A stretch of DNA of 32,000 bases from Wolbachia endosymbiont of Drosophila innubila (GCF_021378375.1 NZ_CP076228.1:510001-542000); one strand, 5' to 3'. Shown: positions 1 to 10,239, counted from the first letter of the stretch. The notes: generated by a model not told the origin, from the letters alone. Program-made: numbers and translations.

Positions 1-351
1 CACTACGCTTTCCTAGCAGATTCTTTACCAAAGTTTATAACATATTGTGCTGGTGATGCTTTCGGTTTGTAATACCTTATTCTATAGTCTGAATATAGAC
101 CCAGCGTTTTGTATATCCATTCGCTACTCCACTTCTTCCAACCAAACCCTCTCTTCACTTTCAGTTAATAAGTGATTTTCTATTTCACCTTCCAAACTTG
201 CCTCCAGCAGCTTTTTTATAAATGGTGTAAATGCTCCATCCCTTCCTGTTAATGGTCTGCCTTCCCTTATTGATGACAGTATATTTGCTTCCAGTTCTTT
301 GTAATCTACCAAACCGGTAGTTCTGTTTACTACTTTCTGACTCATTGTCAA
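1..351 (-). pseudogene. IS256/mutator-type transposase N-terminal remnant, disrupted, followed by unrelated or frameshifted sequence
   Basis: ORF 124-351 (NRTTGLVDYKELEANILSS...LTGRDGAFTPFIKKLLEASLEGEIENHLL) resembles the N-terminus of IS256-family transposases. It stops after 75 aa with no catalytic domain. Confidence 0.6.
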
Positions 352-429
352 ACCTCCATTTTTTTTATATCAATTTATTACTTTTTTTTTGGTTTGACAC
401 ACTTTTTTGAACATTCCCTGTTAAGATGC

Positions 430-1761
430 CTAATCTACTTTCAGCTCCTCAGTATGTAAACTGCGTGGTAAAGACTCTAATTCCTTTGCAGCACTTAAAC
501 TTTTATTTTTTGCATGTATACCAAGCTTATTGAATTCTCGAGCAGCAGGAAACACCCTTGCTTCAAGAGAGCCAGCAGTTTTATTATAATGATCAACAGC
601 ACTTTTTAAGCTCCTGCGCAAATTATCAAAGTTTTCACCCATTGTGCAAATGCGCTCATATAAAATATGACCTAGTTCACTGATTTTCTTTGCGTTTTCA
701 GCTATCATCTCTTGCTTCCATCCATACGCTATTGCTCTCAGCAACGCAATTAGAGTGATCGGTGTTGCAATGATCACTTTTTTTTCCACTCCAATCTCTA
801 TCAAAGCAGGCTCATATTCCAGTGCTGCGCTAAAAACCCCCTCCCCTGTTAAGAAAAGCACCACAAGTTCTGGCGTATTTTCAAATTGATTCCAATACTC
901 TTTTTTACCCAAATCATTTATGTGTTTTTTTATTGCCAGGGAATGATTCTTTAATTTCTCCTTTTGTATTTGCAAATCATTTTGTGATATAGCATCCATG
1001 TAAGAATCAAGCGGCACTTTAGCATCTATTATTATTTGCTTTCCAGATGGCATTTTGATTATTAAATCAGGACGCAATAAATTATCCTCGTTTTTATCAA
1101 CCACTGACGGCTGAGTAAAAAAATCGCAATATTCAATCATTCCCGCCATTTCTACCACCCTTTTGAGTTGCATTTCACCCCACTTTCCTCTGATGTGAGG
1201 CTTTCTCAAGGCATTAGCAAGGCTGGAAGTTTGGTTCATCAGCGCTCCAATTTGCTCCTTTAAACCTTCATAGGCCCCTACCCTCTCTTTTTCCAGCTCG
1301 CGTATTTCATTATCAAATTTTTCTAATTTTTCTTTTATTGGAGTTACAACTTCGTTGATCGTTGCTTGTCTTTTTTTGAAATCGCTTTCCGTTTCTTTTA
1401 ATTTACTATCGATTACTTCCTTTGCTAAGTTCAGAAAATTATTGTTATTTGTCTGCAAAGCATCAAGAGAGAGCGCTTTAAAAGTGTTTGTTAATCTCTC
1501 CTCTGCTTTTGTTAGTAATTCTATTTCCTTTTTCTTTTCCTCACGTTCTTTTTGCAGAGTTACTTCAAGTTCTGCTTTTTTGACCCTTAAATCAACTATT
1601 TCTTCATTCTTCGTAAGCAAAGTTTGCTTTGTTTCTTGAAGTTCTTGCTCTAATTTACATAAATTACCCTCAAGGTTTGCTTTCTTTTCGCTCAGTTTTT
1701 TTACGATAATGTAGAAAAATAGTAATAGAGAGACAACCAGAGCTATAGTATTGAAAAGCAT
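430..1761 (-). CDS. rmuC: DNA recombination protein RmuC
   Basis: 443 aa ORF: coiled-coil N-terminus after a TM helix, then the conserved RmuC core (RGKWGEMQLKRVVEMAGM...FTQPS...RPDLIIKMPSGKQIIIDAKVPLDSY...VVLFLTGEGVFSAAL). Confidence 0.93.
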   Translation of the reverse strand: MLFNTIALVVSLLLFFYIIVKKLSEKKANLEGNLCKLEQELQETKQTLLTKNEEIVDLRVKKAELEVTLQKEREEKKKEIELLTKAEERLTNTFKALSLDALQTNNNNFLNLAKEVIDSKLKETESDFKKRQATINEVVTPIKEKLEKFDNEIRELEKERVGAYEGLKEQIGALMNQTSSLANALRKPHIRGKWGEMQLKRVVEMAGMIEYCDFFTQPSVVDKNEDNLLRPDLIIKMPSGKQIIIDAKVPLDSYMDAISQNDLQIQKEKLKNHSLAIKKHINDLGKKEYWNQFENTPELVVLFLTGEGVFSAALEYEPALIEIGVEKKVIIATPITLIALLRAIAYGWKQEMIAENAKKISELGHILYERICTMGENFDNLRRSLKSAVDHYNKTAGSLEARVFPAAREFNKLGIHAKNKSLSAAKELESLPRSLHTEELKVD

Positions 1762-1838
1762 CAGAATAAAAAAGCTGTATTTACAATTCTATATGATTTT
1801 TGTGTGTATAAGAAAGAAAAAAGGAGCACCTAAAGAGG

Positions 1839-2988
1839 TGACCTTACCCAGAAAAAGTAGAGAGAAAGTTAAGACGTTTTTATCATGAGAATAAATTGTG
1901 CAGGAATGCAATAGTTAATAGTAGAATGTCTACGTTATTTGTTATAAAAGATTTCTATGTATTCAAATATGGCAGTTCTGGTTTGTTGAGCGAGAAGTAT
2001 CAATAAGCAGCTCCCTTTTAAGTGAACTTTTCTGCAACAGAGTTATCGTAACAACAGCCCTTATGGCTCATGCTGGAAATGATGTTTTTTGTATTCAATA
2101 GAAATTGGTAATTTTGAGAGGTATACTGTGACCCTTGATCGCTATGTAACAGCAGATTTTTATCGGGTTTGCGTTTATCAACGGCCATCAATAAAGAATC
2201 TATAACTAATTATCATGTTACTCATTAACCACCATGCGTGAATATAGGTCAATTATTGCCGCCAACAACCTTCTTTTAGTTTTATGTAGGTAATCCCAAA
2301 CTTTATTTGGCTGATCAGTAGTAAAATTTTGATCCAATGTGTTCGGAGCCACAACTCGGTTGCTTATTTGCTGTTTTTTATTTTTTGAACCTTCGTCTAA
2401 ACTTGGCTTTAATGCCATTTTCTTGCATAACACTTTGTACTGTTTTAATTTTTGCCTAAAAGCTTTTAATTCAGCGTGAATTTTAGGGGCTCCATATCTG
2501 CATTTAGAAGCTTGATGTATTTTTTGAATATCTGCTAGAAGCCCTTCTTTTGCTAATTCTTTACTGCTTTTTTCCTTAGCAACCCATACCACCAGTACAA
2601 AACCCTACATAGTTCCTGTGTTTTATAGCAATTTCTATATAAAAGAATACTTTACTCTTTTTCTTTGCCCAGGGCTTTTTTTAAGATGTCTCTTTCTCTT
2701 ATTAGCTCTTTTTTTAGATCAAATCTTTCTTTGTCATAAGGAGCCTTTGCCTGGAAATGCGTATGCTCCAGACATTTTTCCATTATATTTTCTTACTTAA
2801 CATACTGCCATCTATACCTAGATCTTTTGCTATTTTTGTACTTGCTTGACCTGTTTCTTTAACCAGCTTAACAGCTTCTAATTTGAATTCTGCTGTATAT
2901 TCTCTTCTATTTGTCATATTTTGAAAAAACGTTTTATTTTACTCCAAAAACGTCTTAACTTTCTCTCTACTTTTTCTGGGTAAGGTCA
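1839..2988 (-). mobile_element. Degraded IS3-family insertion sequence with 43-bp perfect terminal inverted repeats
   Basis: TGACCTTACCCAGAAAAAGTAGAGAGAAAGTTAAGACGTTTTT at 1839-1881 is the exact reverse complement of 2946-2988. The element has TG...CA ends. OrfA-like MTNRREYTAEFKLEAVKLVKETGQASTKIAKDLGIDGSMLSKK starts at about 2917 (-). An OrfB fragment lies at 2218-2592. Confidence 0.85.
2218..2592 (-). pseudogene. IS3-family transposase OrfB fragment
   Basis: ASKCRYGAPKIHAELKA...KNKKQQISNRVVAPNTLDQNFTTDQPNKVWDYL... resembles an HTH_21/rve N-terminal region. The reading frame is broken before the remainder of the catalytic domain. Confidence 0.75.
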
Positions 2989-3126
2989 ATTTACCGCCGC
3001 GGCGCTAACTAGTAGCGGGATGACGGGTTACCAAATTGTAGAAGTTGCTTTAGCTATAAATTCAAGTTTTATCAATGTCTTGTGTTGTTACCCAAATAAT
3101 GGTTGTGCAAGCGCTTAATTTTTTGA

Positions 3127-4056
3127 TCAAAAAGGAACAAGTTTAGTAAAAAATAATGATATTATTAGTGGAACATAAAACAGTCCCACTGCAGTACTGA
3201 TTAGAAGCAACAGAGTAGCTTTATCTGGTTGATAATTCAAAATATTAGCAAGTATTATACTGGACCCAGAAACTGGAATAATAGCCAGCAACATCAGTGC
3301 TTTATATATGCTCTCATCGTATATACCTATAACATGCTTGTCTAAAAGGACAATTCCTAAAACAAACAGTGGCCAGAATACGTACTTTGCTGTAATAGTG
3401 ATCAAAGCAAGCTTCCAATCTATTTTAAAGCTTGCAATATTCGCAATGCTCACTCCAAGTAGCACCATTCCTAATGTGACAAATGTACTTCTAATATTCA
3501 TCATAACATCTGTTAAAAAAGTAGGTATTTGTATATCGTATATACTTAAAAAGAAGCCCAGAACCATCGCATAAAGCGAAGGAAGTTTGAACAACTTTAA
3601 TATGCATTCTTTTGCGGTATAAATACCATTTGCAGCTATGTAAAATCCTAAGCTGTTTTCAAATAGCGCCATTCCTATATAACAAACAACATATACAGAT
3701 ACTGAATCTTCATCAAATAAAGCCATGGCAATCGGCAGGCCAAAATAACCCATACTTGTGCTGCCCGAGCTAAATGCTAATATGTTTCTTGTGTTATCCT
3801 TAAATAAAAAAGAAGAAAGATAATACACTGATAAGGACATAGTGCTACCTATAAACCATATCAAAATCGGCAGAGAAATTACTTTTAAGTTAACTTCTGT
3901 ATGAGAGACTCCATATAAAATCACTATTGGATTAGCTATATAAAAAAGTATTTGAGATATAGTGTTTCTATCAACTTTAAGATATTTTCCTGCTAAGTAA
4001 CCAATAAATATTGTAATATAAATAGGTAATATTTTGAGAAAAAGAGTAAGGAACAT
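3127..4056 (-). CDS. AEC (auxin efflux carrier) family transporter
   Basis: 309 aa, about 10 hydrophobic segments, AEC-like pattern (ITIFIGYLAGKYL...QILFYIANPIVIL...GSTSMGYFGLPIAMALF). Confidence 0.8.
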   Translation of the reverse strand: MFLTLFLKILPIYITIFIGYLAGKYLKVDRNTISQILFYIANPIVILYGVSHTEVNLKVISLPILIWFIGSTMSLSVYYLSSFLFKDNTRNILAFSSGSTSMGYFGLPIAMALFDEDSVSVYVVCYIGMALFENSLGFYIAANGIYTAKECILKLFKLPSLYAMVLGFFLSIYDIQIPTFLTDVMMNIRSTFVTLGMVLLGVSIANIASFKIDWKLALITITAKYVFWPLFVLGIVLLDKHVIGIYDESIYKALMLLAIIPVSGSSIILANILNYQPDKATLLLLISTAVGLFYVPLIISLFFTKLVPF

Positions 4057-4519
4057 ACTAGCCTATTGTAATATTTTTGATTGATAAAGTGACATTAGAT
4101 CTTAAGGTGTTGTAAAAGTAAACAAAATTTATTTTCCAATTTATCCAGCTCATAGTTAATTAAATTAGTGCCAAAATTTGTTTTTACATAGGACTTAAGA
4201 ATGACATTTGTATGATAAAATTATGTTAAGTTTCTGTAAAGCTTCTTGCATATTTTTGAATAATGACATATTTACTAAAAATTAAACTGCTTGTAGTAAT
4301 TTAGACGGACTGTTGAAAAAGTAAGAGGAAATAAGTAAAGTTAGGACAGAGAGTAAGAGCTTTAACATAGTTGTCATATTTTTCTTTAATTAACCCTAGT
4401 GTCCAATTTATCCACCATTCCTTCACATGAGGTGTTTCTAACCATTTTAATAACAGTAAAAAATGTTTTCTTTCAACGCTTTAAATGTGATATTTTTATT
4501 CATTAATTAAAAATCTCAA

Positions 4520-5683
4520 ATGTTACTACCATTTCTGTTAATCCTGTCTCTCATTGCCAAGTTCATTGAAATTGACATTTCCGTACCTAGTTTTCCTGAT
4601 ATGGTGCACTATTTTAACGTACCGGAAGGCATAATTCAATTAACTATTGCTTATAATTTCCTAGGCTTTTGCATAGGAGGGTTGTTTTTTGGTCCATTGT
4701 CTGAATGCTATGGCAGAAGGAGAATTATGATCATAGGTAACACTTTGTTATTAATCGGCGCTGTTGGTTGTGTTTTTGCACCGTCGATTTTTTGGCTTTT
4801 AATCTCTCGCTTTGTTCAGGGCATTGGTGTTAGCACATCTGTAGTTGTGTTTGCAATCGTTGCAGACAGCTACAAAGGCGACGAAGCGGTGAAATTTATT
4901 GGAATCATGAATTCTGTTCTTACAGTTGTCATGGCAATTGCGCCAGTGTTAGGCAGTTTCATCAATGAAATTGTAGGATGGCGTGGTAATTATGCAACTG
5001 TTGCAATACTTTGTTTGATCTCTTGGGTTTTGCTGCTTTTAGCGTTACCAGAAACAAAAAAGAGCCGCGATATTTTCAGTTTGAAAAAAACGATGAAAGA
5101 TTACAGAAAACTACTATCTAATCCGAGGTTTGTTACGTTGTCTTTGATGTCAAGCCTCTTTTCTGCTGCGTATATGTCATTCATTACTTGTGGACCTTTT
5201 CTGTATATGAAGACTTTTGGTTTATCTAGCACTATTTATGCACTACATCAAGGTGCAATAGTTGGGTGCTTCTCACTCATCAGTCTATTTGCTGGCAAAA
5301 TCTTGCAGAAACTTGGAGCAATAAAGTGTGTAATTTCTGGTACGAGCGTGGGTGCTATTGGGTCTCTATTGCTTGTAATATTCAGTATAATTGTACCCCA
5401 CTCTTTCTACTTAGTAACACTGTCTATGATTATTTTTTCTATCGATTGTGCAATTTTCCAGCCAGTGATTTTTAATGCATCAATAAATGTTTTCCCTGAA
5501 ATTAAAGGCACAGCTTCTTCTGCAGTCTCGTTCATTAGAGCTTTTATCATGGCTATTTTTATCGGCTTAACAAGCTACATTTACAATGGTCAAACAATTA
5601 GTGTAGCTGTTCTTGTTTTATCCGCGATAGTACTAGAACTTGTTTTTACTGTCTATCTATTGCGTTTAAAAGATCCTATGTAA
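4520..5683 (+). CDS. MFS transporter, Bcr/CflA drug-resistance-like
   Basis: 387 aa, 12-TM pattern. MFS motif A-like GPLSECYGRRRIMIIG and Bcr-like DISVPSFPDM at the N-terminus. Confidence 0.85.
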   Translation: MLLPFLLILSLIAKFIEIDISVPSFPDMVHYFNVPEGIIQLTIAYNFLGFCIGGLFFGPLSECYGRRRIMIIGNTLLLIGAVGCVFAPSIFWLLISRFVQGIGVSTSVVVFAIVADSYKGDEAVKFIGIMNSVLTVVMAIAPVLGSFINEIVGWRGNYATVAILCLISWVLLLLALPETKKSRDIFSLKKTMKDYRKLLSNPRFVTLSLMSSLFSAAYMSFITCGPFLYMKTFGLSSTIYALHQGAIVGCFSLISLFAGKILQKLGAIKCVISGTSVGAIGSLLLVIFSIIVPHSFYLVTLSMIIFSIDCAIFQPVIFNASINVFPEIKGTASSAVSFIRAFIMAIFIGLTSYIYNGQTISVAVLVLSAIVLELVFTVYLLRLKDPM

Positions 5684-5710
5684 TTAATAAAGATATTCCA
5701 TTGTAGGCTG

Positions 5711-6790
5711 CTAACTTTCCCCTGCCAATCTTTCTGCTTCATTACGTGAGATTAATGCCTCAATAAATTCATCTAGTTCGCCTTCTTTTATAATCTGCTC
5801 TAGCCGATGTGAAGTTAGATTAATTCTGTGGTCTGTTATTCTTGATTGTGGGAAATTATATGTTCTTATGCGCTCGGAACGATCACCAGAGCCAATCTGA
5901 CTTTTCCTCATTGTTGACCTTTCCATTTCTTTTTTTTGTCTTTCAATTTCGTATAGCCTTGCCCTCAATACTTTGAGCGCTTTAGCTTTATTTTTATGCT
6001 GCGATTTTTCATCTTGCTGTATCACAACTATCCCTGTTGGCAAGTGGGTGACCCTTACTGCGCTGTCAGTTGTATTCACTGATTGCCCTCCAGGACCACT
6101 GGATCTATAAACATCTATTCGTAAGTCTTTTTCTTCTATTTTAAAGTCAACTTCTTCTACTTCAGGTAATATCGCAACAGTAGCGGCAGAGGTATGCAAC
6201 CTTCCTGAAGATTCAGTTTCTGGCACTCTCTGTACTCTGTGCACTCCTGATTCAAATTTCAACCTTGCAAAAACTTCTGTTCCATTAATGAGTGCAGAAG
6301 CTTCCTTATATCCACCTATACCTGTATTAGAAATGCTTATTGGCTCGAACTTCCAATTTCTTCTTTCTGCATATTTTTGATACATACGAAATAACATTGC
6401 TGCAAATAATGCTGCTTCTTCTCCGCCTGTACCTGCTCTAATTTCTAATATTGCATTTCTTGAGTCATCTTCATCTTTGGGCAATAATGCTAACTTTAAT
6501 TTTGCTTTTATTTTTGGTAATAATACCTTGTGCTTTTCGAAAAATTCTTCTTTTGCTAACTCTTTTATATCACCTTCGCTGTTTTCATCTTTCATTATTT
6601 CTTCTAAGTCTGAAATTTCCTCTTTCAGCGTGTTATATTCATCAATTATCTTGATTATTGGCCTGAGCTCAGAGTATTCCTTTGAAAGGGTAATGAATTC
6701 TTTTTGACTTAAATTGGTAGGATTTTCCAAATTCCTCTCTATATCATTAAATTTTTTCTTTAAGTCTTGTAAATTATTTTCCATATCCAT
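5711..6790 (-). CDS. prfA: Peptide chain release factor 1
   Basis: 359 aa with GGQ-containing [44 protein letters not shown] and [27 protein letters not shown]. Confidence 0.96.
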   Translation of the reverse strand: MDMENNLQDLKKKFNDIERNLENPTNLSQKEFITLSKEYSELRPIIKIIDEYNTLKEEISDLEEIMKDENSEGDIKELAKEEFFEKHKVLLPKIKAKLKLALLPKDEDDSRNAILEIRAGTGGEEAALFAAMLFRMYQKYAERRNWKFEPISISNTGIGGYKEASALINGTEVFARLKFESGVHRVQRVPETESSGRLHTSAATVAILPEVEEVDFKIEEKDLRIDVYRSSGPGGQSVNTTDSAVRVTHLPTGIVVIQQDEKSQHKNKAKALKVLRARLYEIERQKKEMERSTMRKSQIGSGDRSERIRTYNFPQSRITDHRINLTSHRLEQIIKEGELDEFIEALISRNEAERLAGES

Positions 6791-6879
6791 ATAGCACAGA
6801 TCTAGCTAAGTAATATATACTGAAATAAAAAATTTCTTATATCAAGCAATAACACTATAATATACCTACTACCTTCTAG

Positions 6880-7482
6880 TTGAATATAATGGCAAAACAG
6901 ATAACATCAAACTGCAATTTCATATTTGGAGCTTCGGATATAAAATCATTACCAAATGAGTCGGCTCCAGAGATTGCGTTTGCTGGTAGATCAAATGTAG
7001 GAAAATCCAGTCTGATCAACTTACTGATAAACAGCAAAAAAGCTGCCAGAGTTTCCTCTAAACCTGGATGCACTAGACAAATAAATTTTTACTCTATGTA
7101 CGATGATAAGTTCAGACTTGTTGATCTACCAGGGTATGGCTACTCTCATGCAGGCAAGGAGGAAATTATACAATATTTAAACTTAATTGAGTATTATCTA
7201 ATTCAAAGAGAAAATCTAAGAAGAGTGTTTGTGTTGATAGATAGCAAGGTAGGATTAAAAGAAATAGACAAAGACTTCATTTATTGGTTAATATATAATA
7301 ACATTAACTTTAACATTGTGCTAACAAAAATAGATAAAGTAAGTCAAAAAAGCTTAGGTGCTGTTATAGAAGATATTCAAAAATGGATTAATAATGAGAA
7401 TGTGTCAATTCATCAAATGAGCATCCGTGTTAAGCATAAAATAACCAAGGTAAGAGATGAGTTTTTCAAGTTTACAAGATAA
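6880..7482 (+). CDS. engB: Ribosome biogenesis GTP-binding protein YihA/YsxC/EngB
   Basis: 200 aa with P-loop GRSNVGKSSLINLL, G3 DLPGYGYS and G4 TKIDK. Confidence 0.93.
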   Translation: MNIMAKQITSNCNFIFGASDIKSLPNESAPEIAFAGRSNVGKSSLINLLINSKKAARVSSKPGCTRQINFYSMYDDKFRLVDLPGYGYSHAGKEEIIQYLNLIEYYLIQRENLRRVFVLIDSKVGLKEIDKDFIYWLIYNNINFNIVLTKIDKVSQKSLGAVIEDIQKWINNENVSIHQMSIRVKHKITKVRDEFFKFTR

Positions 7483-7486
7483 AAAA

Positions 7487-8398
7487 ATGAAGAGTAGTGA
7501 ATTTTTAAAGGGTGAGGTGTCATTTGAACAAAAAGCAGAAATATTACTTGAAGTGCTATCTAACATACCTAGCTTTGTAGGCGAGACTTTTGTCATTAAA
7601 TGCGGTGGTACAATAATCTTAGATGAAACACTATTTAATACTTTTGTGCATAATGTTGTCTTGTTGAAGCAGCTTGGTATAAATCCGGTAATAATTCATG
7701 ACGGAGAATATGAAATTAACTCAGTGTTAAAAATGCTGGATATGAACAGTAAGTTTGTGAATGGTATCAGACTTACAGACAAAGACACTATGAAAATCAT
7801 TGAAATGGCACTGTGTGGTTCAGTTAATAAAAAAATTGTTCAGTATATAAATTCTGCTGGTGGTTCAGCTATTGGATTATGTGGAAAAGATGGTAACTTA
7901 ATTAAAGCCGAAAAAATAACCGCTACGCTTAGAGAAGATAGATCAAATAATATCGAAAAGATATTAGACATGGGGTTCATCGGTAGACCCACTGAAATCA
8001 ATCCTGATATATTATTTTTTATTGAAGAATCAGATTTTATACCAGTTATTGCACCAATTGGTCATGGAAAAGATGGGGAAACATATCATATTGATGCCGA
8101 TAGCACTGCAAGCGCAATCGCAATCGCAGTTTCTGCATCTAAAATGATAATCTTGAGTGACACAGATGAAGAAATAGATAAAATTGGTGGCAGGAAGATA
8201 TCTGTTAAAAATTTAAATGCATCGATTGATTGTGGGAAAATTAAAGGGGAAAAATTTATTGAAAGGCTTATGGCATACGTTAAAATGGCGGAGGAATGTG
8301 CTGGAGTTGTTCACATAGTTGATGGTAGAATATCTAACATTATGCTTGATTTATTTACTGAGAGTAATTCAAGCATATCGATTGTGAGTGATTTATAG
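7487..8398 (+). CDS. argB: Acetylglutamate kinase
   Basis: FVIKCGGTIILDE, HDGEYEINSVLKML, AGGSAIGLCGKDGNLI, IPVIAPIGHGKDGETYHIDADSTASAIA and GGRKISVKNLN match the amino-acid kinase/NAGK family. The ATG at 7487 is a more plausible start than the one at 7457, which overlaps engB. Confidence 0.85.
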   Translation: MKSSEFLKGEVSFEQKAEILLEVLSNIPSFVGETFVIKCGGTIILDETLFNTFVHNVVLLKQLGINPVIIHDGEYEINSVLKMLDMNSKFVNGIRLTDKDTMKIIEMALCGSVNKKIVQYINSAGGSAIGLCGKDGNLIKAEKITATLREDRSNNIEKILDMGFIGRPTEINPDILFFIEESDFIPVIAPIGHGKDGETYHIDADSTASAIAIAVSASKMIILSDTDEEIDKIGGRKISVKNLNASIDCGKIKGEKFIERLMAYVKMAEECAGVVHIVDGRISNIMLDLFTESNSSISIVSDL

Positions 8399-8476
8399 CT
8401 ATACTGCTTGCAACTACACGAATACCAAGAGGGTGTCATTCAAGTAGCTGACACTGGAATGACAACAATCTACGTC

Positions 8477-8499
8477 ATACCGCGATTCATTCGCGGTAT
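8477..8499. repeat. Hairpin repeat, 9-bp perfect stem
   Basis: ATACCGCGA-TTCAT-TCGCGGTAT, a perfect inverted repeat. Confidence 0.85.
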
Positions 8500-8505
8500 C
8501 TCTAG

Positions 8506-8528
8506 ATCCCGCTAACAAGTAGCGGGAT
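8506..8528. repeat. Hairpin repeat, 9-bp perfect stem
   Basis: ATCCCGCTA-ACAAG-TAGCGGGAT. A related copy (GCTAACTAGTAGCGGGATGACGG) lies at about 3004-3026. Confidence 0.85.
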
Positions 8529-8790
8529 GACGGTTGTCAGGGTGTCATCCCAGCGCCCAGACACTGGGATCCAGAAGACTTAATTTCAACCAAGTGGCTG
8601 CATAATAAGGACTAGATTCCAGACTGGAATGACATCATAGAGGCACTGGGATGACAAAAAAAGGAGCACTGAACTTGTCAAGGAATTTTATGGCCTAGCG
8701 TCACGCGCTGGAATGACATCATTTACATTTATCACTTTTGCAGATACAATTTACATGCTATAATTGAGTCTTCATAGATGGTAAATTGGA

Positions 8791-9252
8791 GTGCAAAGAA
8801 GTAAAATTAAAGTAGAAATAAAAAGATTATCACACGGAGAAGGCTTGTCTCTTCCATGTTATGCAACTACGCAGAGTGCTGGCATGGATCTTTATGCTGC
8901 ATTGAATGATTCTGCTGTTTTAAATCCACTTGAAAGATTACTTATTCCAACTGGAATTGTGATTGCAATACCAAACGGTTTTGAGGGGCAAATCCGCCCA
9001 CGTTCTGGTCTTGCTGCAAAACATGGAATCACTGTCTTAAATTCTCCGGGCACTATAGACTCTGATTATCGAGGTGAAGTTAAAATTTGTCTAATTAATC
9101 TAAGTAATCAGCCATACGAAATAAAAAGAGGAGATAGAATCGCACAAATCCTTATTTCTCCTGTATCTCAGGTAATTTGGGATGACAGAGAAGAATTCTG
9201 CGCAGAAGAAACCGGTCGCAATGCAGGGGGCTTTGGCTCAAGCGGCAGGTAG
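8791..9252 (+). CDS. dut: Deoxyuridine 5'-triphosphate nucleotidohydrolase (dUTPase)
   Basis: 153 aa with AGMDLYAAL, RSGLAAKHGITVLNSPGTIDSDYRGE, NLSNQPYEIKRGDRIAQ and the C-terminal motif GRNAGGFGSSG. Confidence 0.96.
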   Translation: MQRSKIKVEIKRLSHGEGLSLPCYATTQSAGMDLYAALNDSAVLNPLERLLIPTGIVIAIPNGFEGQIRPRSGLAAKHGITVLNSPGTIDSDYRGEVKICLINLSNQPYEIKRGDRIAQILISPVSQVIWDDREEFCAEETGRNAGGFGSSGR

Positions 9253-9303
9253 CTTACGAAAAAGCTTGACTATGACAGTTTTTTTATTTAAGCATATTAA
9301 TAT

Positions 9304-9570
9304 TTGAGGTCGTTTATGCTAACTTTCAAAAATCACTGTGGTCAATTCCACAAAACAAATACTGCACTTGTTGCACTTACTTCTTTGTATGTCATAGGCG
9401 CAGCAGTAGCACTTTCAGCACCATATTGGGTGTCTTCAACTTGCACGCTTGCTCCACTTGCAGCTTTTGCAGCTACACCACTTGGAATCGGTATATTAGC
9501 AATTGTTGCTGTTGCACTGGTTAGTTCAGCAATTACGCTATCAGCAAAAACAATGAAATATCTGAGTTGA
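9304..9570 (+). CDS. Small hypothetical protein with two predicted hydrophobic segments
   Basis: 88 aa ORF, ATG start. Hydrophobic stretches are ALVALTSLYVIGAAVALSA and PLGIGILAIVAVALVSSAITLSA. Confidence 0.5.
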   Translation: MRSFMLTFKNHCGQFHKTNTALVALTSLYVIGAAVALSAPYWVSSTCTLAPLAAFAATPLGIGILAIVAVALVSSAITLSAKTMKYLS

Positions 9571-9968
9571 GAGCTCCGAAGATTGTTGTTAATAACGATA
9601 GAAAAAACGGTAAAGAAACAGCATTGCTAGTAACAAAAGACACATTTAAGGAAATGGCAAGGAATAACCAAGTTAAAGATGAAGAAGGTAAGGTAGAAAA
9701 GGGTAAACATTATATAGCCTTCAGCTTAGAAGGCAAGAACTACCGTATTATTGTTGATATTAATCAGCTTACCAATACGCTAGGCAATACTTTACTCTTC
9801 GAGATAGGTTCACTAAAAGAGAAAAACGATGAAGGTAAGTTCGAGGCAGTAAATGAAACAAAGTGGAATAAAACATTAGGTTTAGACAAAGATGGTGCTA
9901 AAGGGGTTAACACTTATTTAGGCTCACTTATTGTTGAACAAGTTGCTTCTCAACAACAGACAGTATAG
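9567..9968 (+). CDS. Hypothetical soluble protein, TTG start overlapping the upstream stop
   Basis: 133 aa ORF. Its TTG start shares TTGA with the stop of ORF 9304-9570. Confidence 0.5.
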   Translation: MRAPKIVVNNDRKNGKETALLVTKDTFKEMARNNQVKDEEGKVEKGKHYIAFSLEGKNYRIIVDINQLTNTLGNTLLFEIGSLKEKNDEGKFEAVNETKWNKTLGLDKDGAKGVNTYLGSLIVEQVASQQQTV

Positions 9969-10239
9969 CCAAGTGAAATAAAAGAGGTAGATTAAGTCTG
10001 CCTCTTTGTTTTTTTTGATTTTTAGTGTTACGCGCATAACTGCATGGATGTTGCGATTCTCAAGGCAACGTATCTGTTTAGATGCATGGCTAATGCTGAA
10101 ACAAAAATTCCAGTGTTCCCTTTCTTGTCATCCCAGTGCTTGACACATAACTGTACAAACATTCATTTTTGAAGGTAAATTGCACAACAGATAATGTCAT
10201 TCCAGTGCTCCCTTTCTTGTCATCCAAGTAGCTGACACT

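Noticed and set aside
1355-1639. Plus-strand ORF of 94 aa inside rmuC
   Set aside because: It is fully antisense to a strongly supported rmuC gene. Ser/Phe-rich composition is typical of a shadow frame.
6451-7073. Antisense ORFs at 6451-6707 and 6876-7073
   Set aside because: They overlap well-supported prfA and engB coding sequence in shadow frames, with no domain similarity.
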